This document shows positions 8,575 through 15,772 of a DNA stretch of 64,000 nucleotides, piece by piece. The position numbers and the translations under genes are program-made. This DNA is from Deltaproteobacteria bacterium. GTDB taxonomy: Bacteria; Myxococcota_A; Polyangia; Nannocystales; Nannocystaceae. Within the stretch, counting starts at the first letter, position 1; each line of letters starts with the position of its first letter. The DNA is taken from positions 2,371,630-2,435,629 of the forward strand of contig JADJEE010000012.1 of assembly GCA_016709225.1 (NCBI GenBank), written 5' to 3'. Below the pieces are notes generated by a model that searched no databases, was not told where the DNA came from, and worked only from the letters and a program-made list of their open reading frames with translations.

Positions 8575-9090
8575 ATGACCCGCCGCATCTGTGCTCTCAC
8601 GTCGATCTCCTGCGTCGTCCTCGCGCTCCTCGATGGCTGCGCCGGAGGACGCTCCAACCTCCGCTTCGACGACACGCGCTACCCCGTGTCGCTGTCGCCG
8701 ACGGTGCTCGGCTCCGACGGCGTCGTGTTGTTGCCCGCACGCCGCGAGGTCGTCGGCAAGCTCGAGATCGAGACCAAGGTCTACGGCCTGCTGTGGGCAG
8801 CGGTGCCGCTGACGCCCAACAAAGATCTCTCGACACAGGTCAACGATCAGATCGAGCGCGCCGGCGGTCAGGCGGTCGTGAACCTGCGCGTCACCAGCCG
8901 GCAGTGCGGCCTCAACAGCGCGTGGGTGCTGAGCACGGTGCCGCTGTGGCCGGGGTGCAGCAAGGTCTTCGTGCAAGGCGACATCATCCGCGAGCGCGCG
9001 CCCGAGGCCGTGGTCGAGATCGAAGCGCCGCCCAGCGAACCCGCGGCCAGCGAACCGATCGCGCACGCCCACCCCATGACCCTGCCGTGA
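8575..9090 (+). CDS. Small lipoprotein
   Basis: MTRRICALTSISCVVLALLDGCAGG lipobox. 171 aa. …NSAWVLSTVPLWPGCSKVFVQGDII. 17 bp after the previous gene. Confidence 0.7.
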   Translation: MTRRICALTSISCVVLALLDGCAGGRSNLRFDDTRYPVSLSPTVLGSDGVVLLPARREVVGKLEIETKVYGLLWAAVPLTPNKDLSTQVNDQIERAGGQAVVNLRVTSRQCGLNSAWVLSTVPLWPGCSKVFVQGDIIRERAPEAVVEIEAPPSEPAASEPIAHAHPMTLP

Positions 9091-9110
9091 ACTCCGCGAG
9101 GAACTCCATC

Positions 9111-9491
9111 ATGAAGACGTTCGCATCTCTGCTCGCCACCTCGACCCTCATGCTCGCGTGCAAGCTGGCGCCACCGGCCCCGCCGTACCTCAGCACCGAG
9201 GAACTCGCCGTGGTCGTCGTGCGCCCCAGCCAGGACATGGCGATCCGCATCGCGCAGTACTGCGAGCCGGTCGCCGCGGTGACGGCCTTCGGCGACAACC
9301 ACCTGCGCCAGAACGCGCACACCCGCGGCGCCAACCTCGTCGAGGTGCTGTACGACGCCGGTGGCAGCACCGCGGTGCTACACAGCTGCCCGCTGGGCTT
9401 CGACGCCGGCGAGGGCACCTTCGAGAGCAACGACGCGGCCGCGCGCGGGTCCTCCTCGAGCGTGACCACCCAGACGGTGACGTTGCACTGA
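9111..9491 (+). CDS. Small lipoprotein
   Basis: Last 126 codons of track ORF 8439..9491: MKTFASLLATSTLMLACKLAPP (lipobox). The remainder of that ORF is R-rich junk overlapping the previous genes. Confidence 0.65.
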   Translation: MKTFASLLATSTLMLACKLAPPAPPYLSTEELAVVVVRPSQDMAIRIAQYCEPVAAVTAFGDNHLRQNAHTRGANLVEVLYDAGGSTAVLHSCPLGFDAGEGTFESNDAAARGSSSSVTTQTVTLH

Positions 9492-9582
9492 AAAGCGCTC
9501 CGCGCTCGGACGTTGGCGCGCACCCGGAGCCCGCATCGGGCCACGCACACCCGCGGCGATCATCGCAGATGAATGCGAGAGG

Positions 9583-10884
9583 ATGCCGCCGGCTCTCGAT
9601 CCCGACGCGCTCGCACTGCCGGTGCTGCAGGACCCTGCCTGCGCCGCCTACGTGCGCGAGCTGTTGCGCACGCGCTGGACCGACGGCCACGACGAAGACG
9701 CCGTGGCACGCGTGCAGGCCCGCATCGACGCACGCACGATCGTCTTCGTCGCCGTCCACCACGGCAACTTCCCCAGCCTCGAGTTCCTGGCGCCGGCGCT
9801 GCGCGAGCGCGGGCACACGACGCTGGCGATCTATCTGCAGGGCGACGCACACGGCGAGGGCTTCGACCACACCGAGTGCTGCGGTGGTTCGCTCTCGCGG
9901 CTGGCGGCGCTGCTGCGGTCACTGCCCGACGGCACCGCGATCTATCTGCAGGCCCATGCCCGCTGGGTGTGGCTCGGGCAGCTGGTCGCCGCGGTCGCAC
10001 CGCGACTGCGGCTGGTGCAGGAGATCTGGGACTGGATGGATCAGTTCGCGCCGGCCGCACGCGCGCAGGACTTCGTCGACGACGGCGTGTTCACCCACGC
10101 CGAGCTCGCGCTGATGCGTGGCGCCGAGGCGTGGGTGCGTGACCACGCGTATGCCGTCGTGCACAAGCACGGTGGGCGCGAGCAGCCGCCGTGGCCCACC
10201 GGCGCCGCGGCGCGCGAGTGTCGGATCATGCCGTGCCCGCCGCGCGCGTGGTCGCGGCCGCCGCTGCGCCGCGAGCCCGGCCCGTGGCGGATCGTACACG
10301 TGGGACAGATCAAGTCGCAGCACGCACCGGTGCGGGCGTTCGGCGACCTGCAGCTCGCATCGCTGTTCCAGCGCTGGACCCGTCAGGGCCTCTACGTGAG
10401 CGCGTACCCCGGGGTCGCACCGGCCGCCGATGCACTCGTCGACTACGAGGCGCTCGCGCGCCGCGATCGGGCCTTCGCGCTGCATCGACACCGCTCGATC
10501 GGTGAGCTGGTCGGCGCACTGCACGGGGCCCACGACTACGGCCTGCTGCTGTATCCGTTCCCGCGCGAGCTCGCGGTCGGTCGTGCGCACCTGCGTACGG
10601 CGCTCGCGAGCAAGCTGTTCACCTACGTCGCCGCCGGCCTGCCGGTGTTGGTGAGTCCGGAGCTGGCGTACATGGCCGAGCTGGTCGAGCACCACGGCAT
10701 CGGCCTGGTCGTCGAGGCGCGCGATCACGATCGGTTGCGCGAGCGCCTCGACGTCGTCGACTACCCGGCACTGCAGCGCGCAGTCCGGGCCGCGCAGTCC
10801 GAGTTCCACATCGAGCGCTTCGTCCCCGCGCTGGTCGAGCTGCTCACCGCCTGCGGACCCGTCGCCGCCGAAACACCACCATGA
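9583..10884 (+). CDS. Glycosyltransferase, GT-B fold (GT1/GT4-like C-terminal domain)
   Basis: ATG at 9583 with a GAGAGG SD. C-terminal half has the Glycos_transf_1 pattern …HVGQI…RAFALHRHRSIGELVGALHGAHDYGLLLYPF…ASKLFTYVAAGLPVLVS…GIGLVVEARDHDRL. Its stop overlaps the next start (ATGA at 10881). Confidence 0.8.
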   Translation: MPPALDPDALALPVLQDPACAAYVRELLRTRWTDGHDEDAVARVQARIDARTIVFVAVHHGNFPSLEFLAPALRERGHTTLAIYLQGDAHGEGFDHTECCGGSLSRLAALLRSLPDGTAIYLQAHARWVWLGQLVAAVAPRLRLVQEIWDWMDQFAPAARAQDFVDDGVFTHAELALMRGAEAWVRDHAYAVVHKHGGREQPPWPTGAAARECRIMPCPPRAWSRPPLRREPGPWRIVHVGQIKSQHAPVRAFGDLQLASLFQRWTRQGLYVSAYPGVAPAADALVDYEALARRDRAFALHRHRSIGELVGALHGAHDYGLLLYPFPRELAVGRAHLRTALASKLFTYVAAGLPVLVSPELAYMAELVEHHGIGLVVEARDHDRLRERLDVVDYPALQRAVRAAQSEFHIERFVPALVELLTACGPVAAETPP

Positions 10885-12062
10885 CCGCTCGTCGACCGCA
10901 ACGCATCGCGATCGCGCTGCCCCGCGACAATGACTTCTACCGCGCCCTCGCTGCGCAGATGTGCCGCGGCTTCGAGGCGTGCGGCCTCGAGGCCACCAGC
11001 GTGCTGCGTCTGCTCGCCGCGGACGACATGCGGGACTTCTGCGCCAGCGTGCGCCCCGACGTGTTGCTCGAGATGAACCGCTCGCGCGCGATGGCGGAGT
11101 TCGTGCCCGACGACGTCGTGCACCTGACGTGGGTCGTCGACCTCGGCGGTCGCGCGGTCGATGACTTCGCGGGCTCGGCGTACACGTATCTCTTCAGCGA
11201 CGCGTGGCTGCCCCACTTCACGCTCGACGCGCCGCATCGTTGGCTCGGCCCCGGCGCGTGCCCGCAGGACTACCCGCAACGCGCCCACACCTCGAACCAA
11301 CGCCTGGCGTTCCTCGGCCACATCCCGAATCCGTGGACCCCGGAGGAGCTCGCGCGCGACGTCACCGGCGGGGCTGGCGTGTGCGACTTCGGCAGTCTGC
11401 TGCCGGCGATCGAGCGGCTGCTGCGACCCGACGATCCGCACCAAGCGCTGCTCGGCGTCGAGGACTTCCTACGTCGCATCGACGGGGCCTGCTATGCGAT
11501 CGGCGGCCACCCCTTGGTGATCGACGACGCGCTCGCCTACGACATCACGTGCCGCGTGGTGCGGCACCTCAACCGCACCGAGCTGGCCGACGCGGCGCTC
11601 GCGATGGCATCGCGGCGCGGCCTGCAGGGCGACGCGCTCGCACGGTGGCTCGGAATCTGGGGCACGCCCAACTGGTCGCGGTGGCCTCGCTTCGCGCCGC
11701 ACTACCACGGCTGGCTCGCCACGCCGGCGCAGATGTCCGAGGTCTACACCGGCACGGAGATCGTGCTGCACGAGGGCACCGGCGTGCACTTTCGATCGAT
11801 GGATGCGATGAGCACCGGCGCGCTGGTGTCGTTCCGCGAGGGTGATCTCGGCAGCCATGTCGACGCGATCCACCTCGGCTTCGAGCCGCACGTGCACTTC
11901 GTGCCGTTCCACCTGCACGAGATCGACGACGCCCTCGCGCCGTACCTCGCCGACCCCGTGCGCGCGCAGGCCATGCGCGACGCCGCGGCCGCGCGCATCC
12001 GCGACGCCCACACCTGGCGCCACCGCGCGCAGGGAATCCTCGACGACCTCGCGAGCCTGTGA
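10881..12062 (+). CDS. CgeB-like / GT1-related glycosyltransferase-family protein
   Basis: 393 aa. C-terminal …TGTEIVLHEGTGVHFRSMDAMSTGALVSFREGDLGSHVDAIHLGFEPHVHFVPFHLHEIDDALAPYLADPVRAQAMRDAAAARIRDAHTWRHRAQGIL resembles spore-maturation CgeB / Glyco_trans_1_2 family C-termini. Translationally coupled to the genes on either side. Confidence 0.7.
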   Translation: MTARRPQRIAIALPRDNDFYRALAAQMCRGFEACGLEATSVLRLLAADDMRDFCASVRPDVLLEMNRSRAMAEFVPDDVVHLTWVVDLGGRAVDDFAGSAYTYLFSDAWLPHFTLDAPHRWLGPGACPQDYPQRAHTSNQRLAFLGHIPNPWTPEELARDVTGGAGVCDFGSLLPAIERLLRPDDPHQALLGVEDFLRRIDGACYAIGGHPLVIDDALAYDITCRVVRHLNRTELADAALAMASRRGLQGDALARWLGIWGTPNWSRWPRFAPHYHGWLATPAQMSEVYTGTEIVLHEGTGVHFRSMDAMSTGALVSFREGDLGSHVDAIHLGFEPHVHFVPFHLHEIDDALAPYLADPVRAQAMRDAAAARIRDAHTWRHRAQGILDDLASL

Positions 12063-12066
12063 CCCG

Positions 12067-14646
12067 ATGAACGCACCCGTAGCCACCGACACCCCGGTCG
12101 AGCCGACCGCCGCCGACGCGCGCTGGTCCGAGGCGCGGATCCTCGAGGCACTGCTCGACGCCGGGCTACCGCTGCCCGAACTCGACGCGGTGGTGCTGGC
12201 GATCCCGCAGCCCGCCGCCGCGATCGTGAGCCTGCGACGACTCGCACCGAACCTGCGCGCGATCGTGGTGCTGTCGTCGACGGCCAGCGATCTGCCGCTC
12301 GTCGGCGCGACCTCGCTGGTCATCGGTGACGCCGACACCCAACGCGACGACGGCCTCGCACTGCTCGAGACGCTGCTGCGTGCAGGCGTGCGTGCCGCTC
12401 GGGTCGCGTGGATCGACGACCCCGATGCCGGCGATGACGACGTTGCGACCGCGTTGGTGCGTGCGCTCGGTTGGCGTGGTCTGGAGCCGTGGCTCGACAC
12501 GATCGCGCCGGAGGACGCTCGTGCGCACGCGGTGCTCGGCGCATGGGCCGAGCGACTCGAGCTCGAGCAGAGCTCCGTGGCGGCGCTGCGACTGTGGCTG
12601 CTGCTCTACGCGCACACGCGCTCGGGCGCGATCGCAACCCGCGTCGCCATCGCCTACGACAAGCTCGGCGCACCCCAGCACGCTGCGCGATGGCTGCCGC
12701 GTGCCGATGCACCGCCCGCAGCGATCGACGAGCTGGTCGCCCAGGCACGCGCCGACGCGGCCGTGCAGGCCCAGGCCGAGCAGGCCCAGCGCGACGCCAA
12801 CCTCGCGGCCCTGCGCGAGCGCTGGCCGGCAGCCGCGGAGGCCCTCGCTGCCGCGTCGTGCAGCGGTCTGGACATCCTGTGCACCGATGCCCTGCCGTGG
12901 CGCTGGTCCAGCGCGGCCGGGGTCCGGCGCGATCCGTATCCGTTGGTCGTGAGCATCGACGACGACGGCATGCGCGAGCGCGTTCGCGTGCACGCGCATC
13001 CCGAGTCGCCGGCCCGACTGCGCGCGCAGATGACCGCGCGCGTCGGCGCGGCGGGACGGCACGCGATGGTCGGCCTCGCCGACTGGGCCGCGGTCTTGAA
13101 CCTGGTGGGCAACCGCGTCACCACCACCCTGCCGGGCTGGACGCAGCAGGTCTACGGCTTCGCCGACGACACCGCAGTCCTGCGACGACTGCTGGGCGCG
13201 ATCGATCTGCGCGCCGTGCTCGCGTCGGGCGTGTTCGCGGCGGTGTTCGTGGGCGATGACGCCACTTCGCAGGCCCTGCGATTCTTCGCGAGCGAGCGAC
13301 TGCGACCGGTACCGAGGATTCGCGTGGGCTGTGATGCCATCGATCCCGCGCTCGCGCGACTCGATCGCGAGCGCATCGAGGGTTGGCACCGAACGACTGC
13401 GGCGCTCGCCGACCACCACCGCGACACCGCCGCCCGCGCGCTCGCGAAGCTCGACGCCGGCGCACCGCTGCGCGTGTGGCTGTGGTCGTCGATCCACACC
13501 ACGGTACTGCGCCACGTCGGCGCGGGTCTGATGGCCGGCTTCGACGCGCTCGGCCACACCGCGCAGCTGCAGATCGAGCACGACCCGCGCGACAACTACG
13601 ACCTCCCCGCGGTCGCCGATGCATTGGCGGCGTTCGATGCCGACCTCGCGATCCAGCTCGATCACATCCGACCCGAGTACGGCCCGCTGCTGGCGCCCGG
13701 TCTCCCGGTCGCCGCGTGGGTGCTCGACGAGCTGCCGCCGCTGTCGGATCCTGCGCTCGTCGCCAAGCTCGGCGCGCTCGACCTCACCTTCGCGTGGAGC
13801 GCTCCACTGGCGCGTGCCTACGCCGAGCGGGGCCATCCCCACAGCGCCAAGCTGCTGTTCGCGGTCGACCCTGCCACCTACCACGCCCGCGATGTGCTGC
13901 CCGCCGAGGACGCGATCGCCTACGCGACCCATCTGACGCTGCCGTTCGAGCCACGCTGGGCCCCTGGCATCTACGCCGAGCTCGAGCGCGTGCTGCAGAC
14001 GATGCCACAGCTGCCGTCGGGCCTGGTCGAGCTCGCACCCGTGATCGAGCGGCTGCTCGCGCGCACCGGCGTGATCGTGCCGGAGCCGCTCGCGAGCACG
14101 TTTGCCTACGACGCCCTGCTGGTCGCGCGCCACGTCGAGCGCACCCGCGTGGCCGACGAGATCCTCGCGGCGGGTCTGCCCCTGCGACTCTACGGCCGCG
14201 GGTGGAATCGCATCGAGCGCTTCGCAGCCCACGCCCACGGCGAGATCGCGGCCGGGCCCGACCTGCGCGCGATGTACCAGCGCCACAAGGTCGTGCTGCA
14301 CATCAACACCCGCTGCAACCTGCATCCCCGCGTGCTCGAGGCCGCGGCCAGCGGCGGCTTCGTGCTCGCGCGCTCCGACGGCGACTTCGACTGGGCCGAT
14401 GGCGGGGTCCACGACGCGCTCGAGATCGGCCGCGAGCTGTGCCTGTTCGACGACCCCGCCGACATGCTGGCCAAGCTGCGCCGGGCCCTCGTCGACGAGC
14501 CGTGGCGACGCGAGTTCGCGCGGGCGGCCCACGACCGCGTGCACGCCGATCACACCTACGTGCAGCGGGCGCGTACGATCGTCGACGCGCTGCACGCCCG
14601 CCTGCGCGCCGTGGCCGGCGATCCGACCACGCACGACCCCGCGTAG
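12067..14646 (+). CDS. Large (859 aa) protein with C-terminal CgeB-like glycosyltransferase domain and ~600-aa N-terminal region of unknown function
   Basis: Starts at M76 of track ORF 11842..14646 (ATG 12067, 5 bp after the previous stop). C-terminus LRLYGRGWNRIERFAAHAHGEIAAGPDLRAMYQRHKVVLHINTRCNLHPRVLEAAASGGFVLARSDGDFDWADGGVHDALEIGRELCLFDDPADMLAKLRRALVDEPWRREFARAAHDRVHADHTYVQRARTIVDAL is a strong CgeB/Glyco_trans_1_2 signature. Confidence 0.8.
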   Translation: MNAPVATDTPVEPTAADARWSEARILEALLDAGLPLPELDAVVLAIPQPAAAIVSLRRLAPNLRAIVVLSSTASDLPLVGATSLVIGDADTQRDDGLALLETLLRAGVRAARVAWIDDPDAGDDDVATALVRALGWRGLEPWLDTIAPEDARAHAVLGAWAERLELEQSSVAALRLWLLLYAHTRSGAIATRVAIAYDKLGAPQHAARWLPRADAPPAAIDELVAQARADAAVQAQAEQAQRDANLAALRERWPAAAEALAAASCSGLDILCTDALPWRWSSAAGVRRDPYPLVVSIDDDGMRERVRVHAHPESPARLRAQMTARVGAAGRHAMVGLADWAAVLNLVGNRVTTTLPGWTQQVYGFADDTAVLRRLLGAIDLRAVLASGVFAAVFVGDDATSQALRFFASERLRPVPRIRVGCDAIDPALARLDRERIEGWHRTTAALADHHRDTAARALAKLDAGAPLRVWLWSSIHTTVLRHVGAGLMAGFDALGHTAQLQIEHDPRDNYDLPAVADALAAFDADLAIQLDHIRPEYGPLLAPGLPVAAWVLDELPPLSDPALVAKLGALDLTFAWSAPLARAYAERGHPHSAKLLFAVDPATYHARDVLPAEDAIAYATHLTLPFEPRWAPGIYAELERVLQTMPQLPSGLVELAPVIERLLARTGVIVPEPLASTFAYDALLVARHVERTRVADEILAAGLPLRLYGRGWNRIERFAAHAHGEIAAGPDLRAMYQRHKVVLHINTRCNLHPRVLEAAASGGFVLARSDGDFDWADGGVHDALEIGRELCLFDDPADMLAKLRRALVDEPWRREFARAAHDRVHADHTYVQRARTIVDALHARLRAVAGDPTTHDPA

Positions 14647-14660
14647 TATCGTCACCCGCG

Positions 14661-15728
14661 ATGCTCTTCCCGCGTCGCGCCTCGCTCGGTGTGTCCCTCG
14701 TCGTGCTCGCGTGCGGTTCGCCCTCGGGCGGTGACACCGGCACCAGCTCCGGCGACGGCAGCACCTCCTCGACCGGCAGCGACGCCAGCGACAGCGGCAC
14801 CTCCGACCCGGGCACCAGCGGCAGCTCCGGTGCCGCCGATGGCTCGAGCAGCACCGGCACCACCGGCGATCCCGACGCGTGCTGGACCGACCTCGCGTTC
14901 GGCGAGCAAGAGGTCTTCTACGACGGCTTCGCCGACGGCAGTGAGGGGCTCGCGTTCGGTGCCGACGGCAAGCTCTACGCGACCACGATCGCGGGCACCG
15001 ACGGCACGCTGTGGCAGCTCGACGCCGATGGCAACGCCGTCGACTTCGCCCACGTGCCCTACGCCCTCGGACTCGCGCCGCGACCCGAGGGCGGCTTCGT
15101 GGTCGCGTCCATCGGGGTCAACATGCAGCCCGACGGCGCTGTGTATCGCGTCGACGCCGACGGCACCGCCACACAGTGGGCGACCGGCATCGACAGCCCC
15201 AACTTCGTCACGCTCACGCCCGACGGCGGCGCGTTGGTATCCGACGATTTCGACACCCGCATCTTCCACGTCGCCGCCGACGGCACCGTCACCGTCGCGC
15301 TCGAGATGATCGAGTCACCCAACGGCATGGCCTACAGCCCCGACGGCAGCCACCTCTACGTCGCGACCACCTTCGCCGACGATCCACCGATCACACGCTT
15401 CGAGGTCGACGCGCAGGGGCTGCCCGTGGCCGGCACCGGGGTCGAGATCCTCCGCATCGGCCCGGTCTCGACGCCCGACGGCATCGCGGTCGACGAGGCC
15501 AACATGGTCTACGTCGCCGCCAACTTGAAGGGCGAGATCTGGCGGGTCGACGGTGGGTCGACCGAGGTCGTGCCCGGCGAACTGGTGAGCGATGGCCTCG
15601 GCTCGCCGGCGAGCCTCGCGTTCGGCCACGGCGCCGGCTTCGACCCGTGTTCGATCTACGTCACGCAGCTGTTCGGCGCGAGGATCCTGCGGGTCGGCAT
15701 CGGCACACGCGGCCTGCCGCTGCCGTAG
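14661..15728 (+). CDS. SMP-30/gluconolactonase/LRE-like beta-propeller lipoprotein
   Basis: Last 355 codons of track ORF 13383..15728: MLFPRRASLGVSLVVLACGSPSGG (lipobox), S/T/G-rich linker, then repeated …DGS.LYVA…/…PDGIAVDEANMVYVA…/…PNGMAYSPDGSHLYVA motifs typical of the SGL family. Confidence 0.8.
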   Translation: MLFPRRASLGVSLVVLACGSPSGGDTGTSSGDGSTSSTGSDASDSGTSDPGTSGSSGAADGSSSTGTTGDPDACWTDLAFGEQEVFYDGFADGSEGLAFGADGKLYATTIAGTDGTLWQLDADGNAVDFAHVPYALGLAPRPEGGFVVASIGVNMQPDGAVYRVDADGTATQWATGIDSPNFVTLTPDGGALVSDDFDTRIFHVAADGTVTVALEMIESPNGMAYSPDGSHLYVATTFADDPPITRFEVDAQGLPVAGTGVEILRIGPVSTPDGIAVDEANMVYVAANLKGEIWRVDGGSTEVVPGELVSDGLGSPASLAFGHGAGFDPCSIYVTQLFGARILRVGIGTRGLPLP

Positions 15729-15772
15729 CGCGGGAGTCCCTGGACGCCTCACCGCGCGTCGCGTCGCGTGCG

